A stretch of DNA of 64,000 bases from Pyrinomonadaceae bacterium (GTDB lineage: Bacteria > Acidobacteriota > Blastocatellia > Pyrinomonadales > Pyrinomonadaceae). The translations under genes were made by a program, and so were the position numbers. The stretch spans positions 9,795 to 73,794 of the forward strand of contig JBKBYA010000013.1 of the NCBI GenBank assembly GCA_046313635.1. The letters run 5' to 3'. Below are positions 1 through 9,993 of the stretch, piece after piece; the stretch's first letter is position 1; each line of letters begins with the position of its first letter. The notes under the pieces were generated by a model, which saw only the letters and a list, made by a program, of their open reading frames with translations, had not been told where the DNA came from and did not search any database.

Positions 1-567
1 GGCGGCGATGGTCTGCTGCTCGCTGTCGAGAAGGAAGATCGACGCACCGATCGACTCCCAGTAACGGACGGACCTTCGTTTTTTGAATGTCGCGTCCATC
101 TCCTCCACCCGCCAGAGACCGCGTTTGTCGATCCCTGCTACGCGATAGCACTGCTGCGGATTTGCCAGATAGCTTCGCGGAGCGTCCTTGCCGATGAACG
201 CCACGCCGACATGGTAAAGAGCCTCGCCTTCGGTATCCGACCTGTAGCAGTACTGTACAAGTCCCCAGATCCGATAGAGCTTTTTGTCCTGATCGTAGCT
301 TCTCATATGGGCCGGCATCGGGATCATCAACGCCAGCAAGCGGCCGGGCTCGCATGGTCGCGAGAGGTGAAACCCGGCGCCGTTGCTCGACAAACTTGTA
401 AGGGTCGTATTCTCGGTCCAGGAAATAACGGTTGACTCCTTTCCTTTGACTATCGCGGTCGCGTCGGTCGCGGGGGCTCGGTCGATCGTAGTTTTGATAG
501 GGGATTCTGACATAAGCGAGTGCTGCGCGTACGGCATGGGGGCCGCGCGGCCCTGAATGGTCTTCAT
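1..567 (-). CDS. PilZ-like domain protein, paralog of the next gene (leaves window at position 1)
   Basis: Own minus-strand translation (absent from ORF track because it runs off the window): MKTIQGRAAPMPYAQHSLMSESPIKTT..SLSSNGAGFHLSRPCEPGRLLALMIPMPAHMRSYDQDKKLYRIWGLVQYCYRSDTEGEALYHVGVAFIGKDAPRSY..KKRRSVRYWES. Colinear with the 564..1322 protein. ATG 565-567 overlaps the upstream TGA (ATGA). Confidence 0.6.
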   Translation of the reverse strand, partial: MKTIQGRAAPMPYAQHSLMSESPIKTTIDRAPATDATAIVKGKESTVISWTENTTLTSLSSNGAGFHLSRPCEPGRLLALMIPMPAHMRSYDQDKKLYRIWGLVQYCYRSDTEGEALYHVGVAFIGKDAPRSYLANPQQCYRVAGIDKRGLWRVEEMDATFKKRRSVRYWESIGASIFLLDSEQQTIAA

Positions 568-1322
568 TCTATTCCCTCGAGCGGAAAGAAATGGTCGATG
601 AATTCGAGATGCAGCCGAGGCAAACCGTCGGGCCCCGTCCTGCGCCCGCGCACGACCGAGATGATCTTTGTGCCGTGCCGTTCGCTGGTGACGCGAACGA
701 AGTTTCCGGCCTCGGCCCTGAGCGTCGTAAAGACCGCCGCTCCGCCGAGGCTTACATTCTCGGTGACCGTCGACTCGACGGCGACGACGTTGTTTTCCGG
801 ATCGAGCAGCTCGAGCGTCACGGCCTCGGGGATGAAGAGCCGCGTCTGGCGTCGGGCCTCTTTGGGAATGTTGTCTTGATCGATCGCCGACGGCGCGTCG
901 ACGATCTGCCAGAGGCCGCCCTCTTCGCGATGACTGATGTCGTAGAGGCGGGCCGGGTCCTCGATATAGCTCTGGGGCGGGTTCTTGCCGACGAACGCCA
1001 CACCGATAACGTAAGACCTTTCACCGTCGGGCGAGCGGACCGCGAAGCAGCGGCGAACAAGCGCCCACACCCGGTATTGCGGCTCCGAGTGATCAAAGCA
1101 CCTGAGCTGCCGGGGCATCGGCGTTGTGATCATCGCGAGCCGGCCGCGCTTGATCGGTCGCTTGAGCTGGAATCCGGCGCCGAAGGCCGATACGTCCGCG
1201 AGCCGCGTGATCTCCGTCCAGCTTGAGCTCGGATCGATCTTTACCTCGACGCGCGTCGGCAAGGGGAGTGTGACGCGCTGAATACGACGCTTGTCCTTTG
1301 GGCTAACAACATTTGAGGGCAT
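564..1322 (-). CDS. Tandem PilZ-domain protein (putative c-di-GMP receptor)
   Basis: Two RxxxR ... D/NxSxxG signatures (RRIQR..DVSAFG; RRQTR..NVSLGG). Start trimmed to MPSNVVSPKDKRR (ATG at 1320-1322) because the first 50 aa of the track ORF look non-coding. Confidence 0.7.
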   Translation of the reverse strand: MPSNVVSPKDKRRIQRVTLPLPTRVEVKIDPSSSWTEITRLADVSAFGAGFQLKRPIKRGRLAMITTPMPRQLRCFDHSEPQYRVWALVRRCFAVRSPDGERSYVIGVAFVGKNPPQSYIEDPARLYDISHREEGGLWQIVDAPSAIDQDNIPKEARRQTRLFIPEAVTLELLDPENNVVAVESTVTENVSLGGAAVFTTLRAEAGNFVRVTSERHGTKIISVVRGRRTGPDGLPRLHLEFIDHFFPLEGIE

Positions 1323-1560
1323 CGGAGTGGAACGGGGTCGATGACACTGGGGAACTCCTGCAATATCAAATTCTGGAAAATATTGATTTTGCGAGGACTT
1401 AGTAGGTGTTTTGCGGGTTGCGGCCCTGGGTCTGAGCCGGTAAAATAGAGAGTAGCATAAAGACCAGATCATTGGCCATTATTTTTTTTTCGCCGTCCCG
1501 TCTGACAGCCCCTGAAGCAGTCAAATAGAGCAGGTTTTTTAGAACAAGAAAGGTATAAGA

Positions 1561-4107
1561 ATGGATTCAACGTTAGAACGCAATCAAGTCAATATCGAAG
1601 ACGAGATGCGGCGATCGTATCTCGACTACGCGATGTCGGTCATCATCGGCCGCGCGCTGCCGGACGTGCGTGACGGGCTCAAGCCCGTGCACCGCCGCGT
1701 GCTGTGGGCGATGCACGAGCTCGGCAACACGCACAACAAGCCTTACAAAAAGAGCGCCCGCGTCGTCGGCGACGTGATCGGCAAATATCACCCTCACGGT
1801 GACACGGCCGTGTACGATACGGTCGTCCGGCTCGCGCAGGATTTCTCGATGCGGTACCCGCTCGTCGACGGGCAGGGAAACTTCGGCTCGATCGACGGCG
1901 ACAATGCCGCGGCGATGCGTTACACCGAGGTCCGCATGGCGAAGCTCACCAACGAGGTGCTCGCCGATATCGAAAAGGAGACCGTCGACTTTCAGCCGAA
2001 CTACGACGACTCGCTCTCTGAGCCGACCGTTCTGCCGACGCGAATTCCAAACCTTCTCGTTAACGGTTCGGAGGGCATCGCCGTCGGAATGGCGACCAAG
2101 ATACCCCCGCATAACCTGACCGAGATCGTGGACGCCACGATCGCGCTGCTCAAGGACCCCGAGATCTCGATCGACAAGCTGATCAAGATCGTTCCCGGGC
2201 CTGACTTTCCGACGGCGGGTTTTATTTACGGCCGCGAAGAGATCCATCGCGCGTATCGCGAGGGTCGCGGCGTCATCCAGATGCGGGCCAAAGCGGCGAT
2301 CGACCGCATCGGCCGCGGCGAGCGCGAACGCGACGCCGTCGTTGTCACAGAGATCCCGTATCAGGTCAACAAAGCTCGCCTTATCGAAAAGATCGCCGAA
2401 CTCGTCAACGAAAAAAAGCTCGACGGCATCTCGGAGATCCGCGACGAGTCAAATCGCGAGGGAATGCGCATCGTGATCGAGCTCAAACGCGACGCCGTGG
2501 CGCAGGTCGTGCTGAACAAGCTCTACAAGCTCACGCCGATGCAGGCCTCGTTCGGCATCATCAACATCGCGATCGTCGACGGCCAGCCGCGGCTCTTGAA
2601 CCTCAAGGACATGCTCGAGGCCTTTGTCGAGTTTCGCCGCGAGGTCGTCCGCCGCAGGACCGAATTCGACCTCCGCAAAGCCCAGGCCCGTGCACATATT
2701 TTGGAGGGTCTGAACAAGGCAATTGACGCTCTCGACTACATCATTCCGCTGATCCGCAATTCGCGTTCGGTGGACGAAGCGAGGACGTGGCTGACGGCGC
2801 AGAATTTCGGGTCGCTGACCGAGGTCAAGAACTGGCGCGGCATTGCGGGCAGCAAGACGCAGGAAGTATTTCTAAAAGACCTCCAAAAGGTGATCAGCTC
2901 GCTCGCCTTTACAGAGATCCAGGCACAGGCGATCCTCGACCTGCAGCTCCGCAGGCTCTCGGCCCTCGAGCGGCAAAAGATCCTCGACGAGTACGAGGCG
3001 ATCATCAAGTACATCGCCGAGCTCGAGAACATCCTCGCCAACGAGTCGGTCCTCCGTCAGGTGATCGTCGACGAGCTGCAAGAGGTGAAAAAGCAGTATG
3101 GCGACGAGCGTCGAACGCAGATCGTCGACGCCGGCGTCGAGCTCAAGATCGAAGACCTCATCCCGGACGAGGATGTCGCGATCACCGTCACCAAGGCGGG
3201 CTACATCAAGCGCACGCCGGTCTCGACCTACTCGCGTCAGGGCCGCGGCGGCAAAGGCCGGCTCGGTGCGACGGCGAAGAACGACGATTTTGTCGAGCAC
3301 ATCTTTGTCGCGTCGACGCACGCGTATCTGATGATCTTTACCGACGACGGCCAGGTGTACAAGATCAAGGTGCACGAGATACCCGAGGCCGCACCGGCCG
3401 CACGCGGCAAGGCGGTTGTCAACCTCATTCAGATCTCGTCCGAGAGGAAGCTCGTCGCGGTGATGCCCGTGCGCGACTTTACCGAGGAAGTTTATCTGAC
3501 GATGGTGACCAAGCAGGGCGTGATCAAAAAGACGGCGTTGAGCGAGTACCAGAACATCCGCTCGAACGGCATCAATGCCATCAACATCGACGAGGGCGAC
3601 GAGCTGCTCAATGTCATCCGCACCGACGGCAAGTGCCAGATCTTTATCGCGACGCGTGACGGTATGGCGGTAAAGTTCAACGAGTCGGACGTCCGCCCGA
3701 TGGGCCGCGTGGCCCGCGGCGTTCGCGGCGTGAACCTGCGAGGCGGCGACCAGGTCGTTTCGGTCTGCGCGGTCGATGCCGACGGCAAGCAAAAGATACT
3801 TTCCGTTTCTGAGAAAGGCTTTGGCAAGCAGACGCAGGTCTCGAGCTATCGGCTCACAAAGCGCGGCGGCGTCGGCGTCATCAATATGAAGACCACCGAA
3901 AAGACTGGCAAGGTCGTCTCGGCCTTCCCGGTGGTCGACGACAGCGAGATCATGATCATCACGCAGCAGGCGAAGCTCATCCGCCTCGGCGTCGATAAGA
4001 TCCGCGAAACAGGCCGCTCGGCCCAGGGCGTCACGCTGATCAAGACCGGCGAGGACGACCTCGTCACCAGCGCGACGCTGTTGGCTGAAGCAGAAGACGA
4101 AGAGTAA
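1561..4107 (+). CDS. gyrA: DNA gyrase subunit A
   Basis: 848 aa. N-terminal hallmarks: [18 protein letters not shown] region [11 protein letters not shown], active-site AAMRYTE. C-terminal beta-pinwheel repeats. Confidence 0.97.
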   Translation: MDSTLERNQVNIEDEMRRSYLDYAMSVIIGRALPDVRDGLKPVHRRVLWAMHELGNTHNKPYKKSARVVGDVIGKYHPHGDTAVYDTVVRLAQDFSMRYPLVDGQGNFGSIDGDNAAAMRYTEVRMAKLTNEVLADIEKETVDFQPNYDDSLSEPTVLPTRIPNLLVNGSEGIAVGMATKIPPHNLTEIVDATIALLKDPEISIDKLIKIVPGPDFPTAGFIYGREEIHRAYREGRGVIQMRAKAAIDRIGRGERERDAVVVTEIPYQVNKARLIEKIAELVNEKKLDGISEIRDESNREGMRIVIELKRDAVAQVVLNKLYKLTPMQASFGIINIAIVDGQPRLLNLKDMLEAFVEFRREVVRRRTEFDLRKAQARAHILEGLNKAIDALDYIIPLIRNSRSVDEARTWLTAQNFGSLTEVKNWRGIAGSKTQEVFLKDLQKVISSLAFTEIQAQAILDLQLRRLSALERQKILDEYEAIIKYIAELENILANESVLRQVIVDELQEVKKQYGDERRTQIVDAGVELKIEDLIPDEDVAITVTKAGYIKRTPVSTYSRQGRGGKGRLGATAKNDDFVEHIFVASTHAYLMIFTDDGQVYKIKVHEIPEAAPAARGKAVVNLIQISSERKLVAVMPVRDFTEEVYLTMVTKQGVIKKTALSEYQNIRSNGINAINIDEGDELLNVIRTDGKCQIFIATRDGMAVKFNESDVRPMGRVARGVRGVNLRGGDQVVSVCAVDADGKQKILSVSEKGFGKQTQVSSYRLTKRGGVGVINMKTTEKTGKVVSAFPVVDDSEIMIITQQAKLIRLGVDKIRETGRSAQGVTLIKTGEDDLVTSATLLAEAEDEE

Positions 4108-4124
4108 CCGGCAAAGCAGTAATG

Positions 4125-4163
4125 AAAACTAGCTGACAGCTAATAGCTGTCAGCTAGTTTTTT
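4125..4163. terminator. Bidirectional hairpin terminator between convergent gyrA and ruvB
   Basis: Perfect 17-bp stem aaaactagctgacagct / agctgtcagctagtttt with a 3-nt loop. A-run on one side and T-run on the other. Confidence 0.7.
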
Positions 4164-4182
4164 ATGCGCGATGTTCGACCTC

Positions 4183-5211
4183 TCATTCAAATAGAGGCGT
4201 AGCCTGCGCTGGCATGTTGAGGCCGAAGTGTTCGTAGGCCCGGCGTGTCGCCATTCGGCCGCGGGGCGTGCGGTTGAGAAAGCCGATCTGCATCAGATAG
4301 GGCTCGATGATCTCCTCGATCGAGTCCTTTTCTTCGTGGATAGACGCCGAGAGCGTGCCGAGACCGACCGGGCCGCCGTCGAATTTTTCGATGATCGTGA
4401 GCAGCATCTTGCGGTCCATCTCGTCGAGGCCGAACGTGTCGACCTCCATCCGGTCGAGCGCGGCTCGGGCGACCGGCTCGTCGATGTGGCCCTCATAATC
4501 GACCTCGGCAAAGTCGCGCACGCGGCGAAGCAGACGGTTCGCGATACGCGGCGTCCCGCGCGAGCGGCGTGCGATCTCGTGCGCTCCCGACTCGTCGATC
4601 GAGACGCCGAGAATGCCTGCCGAACGCTCGACGATCGTGCGGAGGTCTTCGATCTGGTAAAAGTCGAGATTGAAGACGATCCCGAATCTTCCGCGCAGCG
4701 GCGCCGTGATCATCCCGGGCCGCGTCGTCGCCCCGACGAGCGTGAACTTTGGCAGCTCAAGCTTGATCGAACGCGCGGCCGTGCCCTGGCCGATCATAAT
4801 GTCGAGGCTGTAATCCTCCATCGCCGGATAGAGGATCTCCTCGATCGCCGGGTTGAGACGATGGATCTCGTCGATAAAGAGCACGTCGCCCTCCTGCAGG
4901 TTGGTCAGGATGGCGGCGAGGTCGCCGGCCTTTTCGATGATCGGCCCGGCGGTCGATCTGAGCTCGGACGCCATCTCGTTGGCGACGATGTTTGACAGCG
5001 TCGTCTTGCCGACGCCGGGCGGGCCGGTCAGCAGGATGTGGTCGAGAGACTCACGGCGCTTGAGCGCGGCCTTCATAAAGACGCGGAGGTTCTCTTTGAT
5101 CTTTTTTTGCCCGATATACTCGGCCAGACGTGTCGGCCGCAGAGACAGCTCGAACTGTTTGTCCTCGTCGAGCACACCGCCGCGAACTTCTATGTTGGAA
5201 GAATTCTCCAT
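4183..5211 (-). CDS. ruvB: Holliday junction branch migration helicase RuvB
   Basis: Walker [16 protein letters not shown], RuvB C-terminal winged helix. Start trimmed to MENSSNIEV (cat at 5209-5211). Confidence 0.95.
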   Translation of the reverse strand: MENSSNIEVRGGVLDEDKQFELSLRPTRLAEYIGQKKIKENLRVFMKAALKRRESLDHILLTGPPGVGKTTLSNIVANEMASELRSTAGPIIEKAGDLAAILTNLQEGDVLFIDEIHRLNPAIEEILYPAMEDYSLDIMIGQGTAARSIKLELPKFTLVGATTRPGMITAPLRGRFGIVFNLDFYQIEDLRTIVERSAGILGVSIDESGAHEIARRSRGTPRIANRLLRRVRDFAEVDYEGHIDEPVARAALDRMEVDTFGLDEMDRKMLLTIIEKFDGGPVGLGTLSASIHEEKDSIEEIIEPYLMQIGFLNRTPRGRMATRRAYEHFGLNMPAQATPLFE

Positions 5212-5215
5212 CGAA

Positions 5216-5980
5216 TCAGAACAATAATCCTTTGTGCCCCAGCGCCAAAATGTCCATCGATAATGCCACCGTGCAGTGCAGCACGAGGCCCATCCAGATA
5301 TTGCCGGTGCGGTAGCTGAGCCAGCCGAGGAATATGCCCGCGACGATCGCGGCAAATGCCTCCGGCATCGGCTTGCCGAGATGGATCATCGTGTAGGGCA
5401 CCGTCATCACAAAGACCGAGTAGACGCCGAGCGACCGCTTTAGGCTGTGGATTAAAAAACCTCTGAAAAAGAACTCAAGCCCGAAGAACTGCAAAAAGTA
5501 CATCAGCTCCCAAACCGCGAGCGTCCAGCCGATGTACGGGTCGCCGTTGTAGATCTTCAGGAACGGATATCGCGATGCAAAGCCCTCGGTCGTCGACATC
5601 CAGTAGACGAGCGGCAGCATGACCGCGACGCATTGCGCGAGCAGCGGCCAGAAGCCTGGTTCGATCCGCAGGCTGAGCCCGAGGTCCGCGAGTCGGCCGC
5701 GGAACATTCTACGGACGATCACGGCTGGCAAGCCGACGTAAAAGACCATCGTCACGGCGGCCCAATAGCCGAGCAGTCGAATATTGCTGGCGTGCGGCTC
5801 GAGTATCCACGCGGCCGCATGATCGAGCGCCGGGGCGAACTTTGCGGCTGCCTCGACAAAGTCGGCGTTCTTGAAATAAAAGATCGCCGTCAGCCCGAAA
5901 GCGGCGTAAACGAGAGCGATCACGGCGCGTCGATCGAGCAGCTCGATGTCGTCGCGTAGCTTTGCGATGAGTTCAAACAT
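5216..5980 (-). CDS. CPBP family intramembrane glutamic endopeptidase (CAAX protease-like)
   Basis: Polytopic membrane protein with EExxxR-like motif (GLEFFFRG) and downstream His motifs (IHLG, LHCT). Sits between ruvA and ruvB. Confidence 0.8.
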   Translation of the reverse strand: MFELIAKLRDDIELLDRRAVIALVYAAFGLTAIFYFKNADFVEAAAKFAPALDHAAAWILEPHASNIRLLGYWAAVTMVFYVGLPAVIVRRMFRGRLADLGLSLRIEPGFWPLLAQCVAVMLPLVYWMSTTEGFASRYPFLKIYNGDPYIGWTLAVWELMYFLQFFGLEFFFRGFLIHSLKRSLGVYSVFVMTVPYTMIHLGKPMPEAFAAIVAGIFLGWLSYRTGNIWMGLVLHCTVALSMDILALGHKGLLF

Positions 5981-5995
5981 CGAACGAGCGGCAGA

Positions 5996-6613
5996 TCATT
6001 TTGCCAGCAGCTGCAGGCCGCGTCGGAGGAGCTTCTGGACCGAAACTTCGGTGCCGTCCTGCACCGCCTGCTTGAGAGCTTTTTCCGCCATGCTGCGCTG
6101 GTAGCCGAGATTGACGAGGGCCGAAAGCGCGTCGTCGAATACAGCATCCGCCGGCAGCTGAGAGCTCGCGGCGGAACCTGCCGCGACGGCGCGTGCGGCT
6201 CCCTCTGACAGCTCGCCGATCTTGTCGCGGAGCTCGATCACGAGCCGCTCGGCGGTCTTTTTGCCGACGCCCGGGATCGAGGTGATCCGTGCGAGGTCCT
6301 CCGTGCGGATGGCCAGGATCAGCTCGTCGGCACTCATTCCGGAGAGAAAAGCGATGCCCGACTTTGCGCCAATGCCCTGTACCGAGATGAGCTTGAGATA
6401 GAGCTCGCGCTCGCGGGCCGTCTTAAAACCGAAAAGCTGGATCGCATCTTCTCGAACGTGCGTGTAGATGCGCAGGCTCACGTCCGAACCGACGTCGCCG
6501 AGCTCGTAATAGGTCGAGAGCGGGACCGTGATCTCGTAGCCGACACCGCCGACATCGACGATCACGACATTTGCATATTTCTCGAGGAGCTTGCCTGACA
6601 GGGATCCGATCAT
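5996..6613 (-). CDS. ruvA: Holliday junction DNA helicase RuvA
   Basis: MIGSLSGKL..VDVGGVGYEI.. and HhH motifs (LISVQGIGAKSG, IPGVGKKTAERL). Start trimmed to ATG at 6611-6613. Confidence 0.93.
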   Translation of the reverse strand: MIGSLSGKLLEKYANVVIVDVGGVGYEITVPLSTYYELGDVGSDVSLRIYTHVREDAIQLFGFKTARERELYLKLISVQGIGAKSGIAFLSGMSADELILAIRTEDLARITSIPGVGKKTAERLVIELRDKIGELSEGAARAVAAGSAASSQLPADAVFDDALSALVNLGYQRSMAEKALKQAVQDGTEVSVQKLLRRGLQLLAK

Positions 6614-6888
6614 TGTTTCACGCGTGCAACACAATTGTAGAGTAAACCTCAGCGCGGGGCAAAGCATTCGACCCGGGTCACGCTTCGTCCGCTCCCGAGC
6701 GATCGCCGCTGACCGACCCGCACGGGGCTAGATCTTTCCCGAGCACCGAAATCCTTGGCCTCGGCGATAGAAACGAGTAATATGGGCTTACGGCTATTGC
6801 TTCTCGGTCGCAGGCACGATGCCCGCGGGCCGATCTGATCCGGTTGCGGCGGCGCAAGTCGTCTTAGAAGTTTTGAAAAGAGGTTTTT

Positions 6889-7212
6889 ATGCGTAATAGC
6901 GTTTTTGTTAAGCGGGTCTTGCCGTTCTTCCTAGCCCTTGCAGCAGGTCTGTACGTCGCAAGCTTCTTTGTGGACATAATGCCGCGATTCAATGCGAGCG
7001 ATCGCAGGATCGAGGGCTGCCGCGAGATGCAGCGACTGCGGATCGAGAATGACGAGCTGCGTCGCCAGAATCAGGACCTCCGCGACGAGGTCGATAGTTA
7101 CAGATTCAGCCGTCCGACGTCAGCGCATGGTGTGCCTCGGAGCGATTGGGGAACGTCGCGATTTGAAGTTCCGCCCCCGCCGACGGTGACGTCGCCGCGA
7201 ACCGTGAGATAG
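6889..7212 (+). CDS. Hypothetical membrane-anchored coiled-coil protein
   Basis: N-terminal TM helix (VLPFFLALAAGLYVASFFV) followed by a heptad-rich segment (MQRLRIENDELRRQNQDLRDEV). No family recognised. Confidence 0.4.
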   Translation: MRNSVFVKRVLPFFLALAAGLYVASFFVDIMPRFNASDRRIEGCREMQRLRIENDELRRQNQDLRDEVDSYRFSRPTSAHGVPRSDWGTSRFEVPPPPTVTSPRTVR

Positions 7213-7323
7213 CGGCACGCTGACCTTTCAAACTGGCCACGGATTAACCCGACCGTACGGTTGTGTTAATCTGTGGCTTCGTTTTTTGGTCCGCCCGACA
7301 TTCTGCCGTCGGCGGACGTTTCT

Positions 7324-8127
7324 ATGGACGAGTCTCAAGCCCGAAAAGAAATTGTCGAGATCGGCCGCCTGATGTACGAGCGGAGCTACGTCGTCTCGTC
7401 GGACGGCAACATCAGCGTGCGTCTTGACGATAATACCGTGCTCGCGACGCCGACGATGACCTGCAAGGGGCGAATGACCGAGAACTCGCTTGCGCTTACC
7501 GATATGGAAGGCAAGCCCCTGTCGGACAAACGGGCATCGTCCGAGCTGGCGATGCACCTCTTGATCTATCGCGAGCGGCCTGACGTCAAGGCGGTCTGTC
7601 ACGCTCACCCGCCGCACGGAACGGCTTTCGCCGTTGCCGGGCTGGCGATCGACAAGCCGATACTCTCCGAAGTGATCCTGACCCTGGGCTGCGTGCCGCT
7701 GACCGAGTACGGTACGCCTTCGACATCGGAGCTGACCGAGGCGATGAAGCCTTACGTTACGCATCACAACGCGCTCCTGATGGCCAATCACGGCGCGGTC
7801 GCGTACGGCGAAGACCTGTGGCAGGCTTGGGACCGTCTCGAGACGCTCGAGCACACCGCAAAGATCGCGATCCTCGCAAAGGCGCTCGGCGGTGCCAACG
7901 ACCTGCCGACCGATGCGATCGAAAAGCTGATCAGCATTCGCGAAAAGGCCGGTTATCTAAAAGAGAACGCCCGCTGCCAGGCCTGCGGCTACCTGCATAC
8001 GGCCGGCATCGCGTGCGACCTCGACGTCGAATATCCAGGAGCGGCGGGCTCCAACGGCGCGGCTAGAATTTCGTTCACGCGCGAAGAGCTGATCGAGCTT
8101 TTGAGCCAGGCGGCGCGATTGAGTTAA
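7324..8127 (+). CDS. Class II (FucA/RhaD-type) aldolase with C-terminal encapsulation-peptide-like extension
   Basis: Catalytic Glu context SSELAMHLLIY and Zn ligands HAHPPHG and MANHGAV. Extra ~65 aa tail with a Cys pair (CQACGYLHTAGIAC), ending in amphipathic helix FTREELIELLSQAARL. Start trimmed to MDESQARKEIVEIG. Confidence 0.85.
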   Translation: MDESQARKEIVEIGRLMYERSYVVSSDGNISVRLDDNTVLATPTMTCKGRMTENSLALTDMEGKPLSDKRASSELAMHLLIYRERPDVKAVCHAHPPHGTAFAVAGLAIDKPILSEVILTLGCVPLTEYGTPSTSELTEAMKPYVTHHNALLMANHGAVAYGEDLWQAWDRLETLEHTAKIAILAKALGGANDLPTDAIEKLISIREKAGYLKENARCQACGYLHTAGIACDLDVEYPGAAGSNGAARISFTREELIELLSQAARLS

Positions 8128-8178
8128 ACTGACTTCACTTCAAATCCCGTTTTTTAACGATTCAGGAGCAAAAACTAA

Positions 8179-8457
8179 ATGCAGGAAGCATTAGGAATGG
8201 TCGAGACCAAAGGTCTCGTGGCGATGATCGAGGCAGCCGACGCGATGGTCAAGGCCGCGAATGTGCAGCTCGTCGGTTACGAAAAGATCGGCGCCGGATT
8301 TGTCACAGCCATCGTTCGCGGTGACGTCGCCGCCGTCAAGGCCGCGACCGACGCCGGCGCCGCCGCCGCCCGCCGCGTCGGCGAGCTCGTCAGCGTACAC
8401 GTCATCCCGCGTCCGCACTCAAGCGTCGACGAGACACTGCCGGTCGTAATGAAATAG
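8179..8457 (+). CDS. Bacterial microcompartment shell protein, hexamer type (BMC-H)
   Basis: [55 protein letters not shown] is the canonical PduA/EutM/CcmK fold signature. Confidence 0.93.
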   Translation: MQEALGMVETKGLVAMIEAADAMVKAANVQLVGYEKIGAGFVTAIVRGDVAAVKAATDAGAAAARRVGELVSVHVIPRPHSSVDETLPVVMK

Positions 8458-8530
8458 TGGTCAGTGATCCGTGGTCAGTGGTCAGAAATTTCTGATACTG
8501 ACCACCGACCGCTGACAACCGACCACTGAC
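8458..8530. repeat. Heptamer-array hairpin (unit TGGTCAG / CTGACCA)
   Basis: tggtcag tgatccg tggtcag tggtcag, then loop, then ctgaccaccgaccgctgacaaccgaccactgac. Fills the entire BMC-H / BMC-P gap. Confidence 0.75.
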
Positions 8531-8800
8531 ATGATCATCGGACGCATTTTAGGCACCGTCGTTTCGACGCAGAAGGACCCGCGGCTCAGCGGCAAGAAGC
8601 TGCTGATCGTAAAGCCCATTAACCTCGACGGCTCCGACCAGAGCGGATACGTCGTCGCGGTCGATACGGTCGGCGCGGGCTTTCATGAAAAGGTGATCGT
8701 CGTCGGCGGCTCGTCGGCACGCATGGCCGAGGGCAACAAGGATTGCCCGGTCGACTCCGCGATAATCGGCGTCATCGACACCATCGACTTCACTTCATAG
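8531..8800 (+). CDS. BMC vertex protein, pentamer type (BMC-P) 1
   Basis: MIIGRILGTVVSTQKDPRLSGKKLLIV..VAVDTVGAGFHEKVIVVGGSSAR..DSAIIGVID is the EutN/CcmL signature. Confidence 0.9.
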   Translation: MIIGRILGTVVSTQKDPRLSGKKLLIVKPINLDGSDQSGYVVAVDTVGAGFHEKVIVVGGSSARMAEGNKDCPVDSAIIGVIDTIDFTS

Positions 8801-8805
8801 ACCCC

Positions 8806-9087
8806 GTGCAAATTGCCCGCGTCATCGGAACCGTTGTCTCGACCGTCAAAAACGAAACGCTCGAGGGCCGAAAGTTCTTGATCGTCCAGACGCTCGACGC
8901 CGATCTCAAACCTAAGGGATCGCCGCAGGTCGCGCTCGACGCGGTCGGAGCCGGCATCGGCGAATTGGTCTTCTGGTGCCGAGGAAAGGAAGCATCGTTT
9001 CCGTTCAAGCGCGACGAGACGCCGACCGACTGCACTATCGTCGGGATCATCGACTCGGACGCGCACGTTTATAACGGCGAGGGATGA
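8806..9087 (+). CDS. BMC vertex protein, pentamer type (BMC-P) 2
   Basis: GTG start (VQIARVIGTVVSTVKNETLEGRKFLIV..DAVGAGIGELV..DCTIVGIID). The track ORF start at 8743 overlaps the previous gene and was trimmed. Confidence 0.85.
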   Translation: MQIARVIGTVVSTVKNETLEGRKFLIVQTLDADLKPKGSPQVALDAVGAGIGELVFWCRGKEASFPFKRDETPTDCTIVGIIDSDAHVYNGEG

Positions 9088-9262
9088 ATGGTAAGAGGCA
9101 AACTGTAAGCGGTAAATGTTAGGTCGCACGGCGTAAATGGTGAATCGTAAATCGTAAATGAATTGCTTACGGTCATACCAGGTAGTTGGAGTCAAAAATT
9201 TACCGTTTACCAGTTACCTCTTACCGTTCACCATTCACCACTGACACTTCACCGCTAAAGAG
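9088..9262. repeat. Heptamer-array hairpin (arm unit GGTAAAC/GGTGAAT, inner GTAAATC array), related to 58398..58875
   Basis: Left arm ggtaagaggcaaactgtaagcggtaaatg pairs with right arm atttaccgtttaccagttacctcttacc. The inner gtgaatcgtaaatcgtaaatgaattg is the reverse complement of the core of the 58.4-kb element. Confidence 0.75.
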
Positions 9263-9264
9263 AG

Positions 9265-9558
9265 ATGTTGATCGCCAGAGTCATCGGTAATGTCGTCGCG
9301 ACGCAGAAGAATCAGCGTTACGAGGGAACGCGCGTGATGCTCTGCCGGCAGATCACGCCCGAGGGCCAGGACATGGATTACACCTGCCTCGCGCTCGACT
9401 CGGTCAACGCCGGCGAAGGCGACATCGTCGTCATCGCGCAGGAAGGCTGGTCGGCATCGACCGCTTCGACCGGGCGGCCCGGAGCGGCGATCGACTCGGC
9501 GATCGTCGGTATGGTGGATTACATCGATCTGCTGGGGACCGATCTCTCCAGTGAATAG
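9265..9558 (+). CDS. BMC vertex protein, pentamer type (BMC-P) 3
   Basis: MLIARVIGNVVATQKNQRYEGTRVML..DSVNAGEGDIVVIAQ..DSAIVGMVD. Confidence 0.9.
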   Translation: MLIARVIGNVVATQKNQRYEGTRVMLCRQITPEGQDMDYTCLALDSVNAGEGDIVVIAQEGWSASTASTGRPGAAIDSAIVGMVDYIDLLGTDLSSE

Positions 9559-9621
9559 TTAGTAGTGGGTAGTTGTTAGTTAAGAAACCAACTACCCACT
9601 CTCCACTTTTAACTATTAACT
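9556..9621. repeat. Heptamer-array hairpin (unit AGTTAGT-like / AACTA-like)
   Basis: agttagt agtgggt agttgtt agttaag, then loop, then ccaactacccac..ttaactattaac. gtgggtagttg pairs with caactacccac. Confidence 0.65.
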
Positions 9622-9633
9622 GAAAAAACGTGT

Positions 9634-9993
9634 ATGGCTGACAGTATCGTCCTCCAGAAATCGATAAAGTTCGCCCTCAGGATCGTCGGTCTATACAAAT
9701 ATCTAACCGAGCAGAAACAGGAGTTCATCCTCTCCAAACAGGTTCTTCTTTCCGGAGCCTATATCGCCAAACACGTCAAAGCCGAGCTTCACGCACGCGG
9801 GCGAGACAGGTTCTCCGCGGACATGTTTGTCGCGATGCAAAAGGCTTTGGAGACAGAACTCTGGCTGCTGCTGCTGAAGGAGGCCGAATTTATCAGCTCG
9901 GACCAGTACGACTCGATGAACGCGGATTGCGTCGAGCTGATCAAGCTGACATCATCGATCTCTAAGACCTCATACGAAAATGAAACAGCGTGA
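9634..9993 (+). CDS. Four-helix-bundle protein (23S rRNA intervening-sequence protein / Avd-like family), divergent member
   Basis: 119 aa, all-helical, colinear with the clearer family member at 19150..19509 (..KFALRIVGLYKYL..LSKQVLLSGAYIA..ELWLLLLKEAEFIS..). Confidence 0.7.
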   Translation: MADSIVLQKSIKFALRIVGLYKYLTEQKQEFILSKQVLLSGAYIAKHVKAELHARGRDRFSADMFVAMQKALETELWLLLLKEAEFISSDQYDSMNADCVELIKLTSSISKTSYENETA

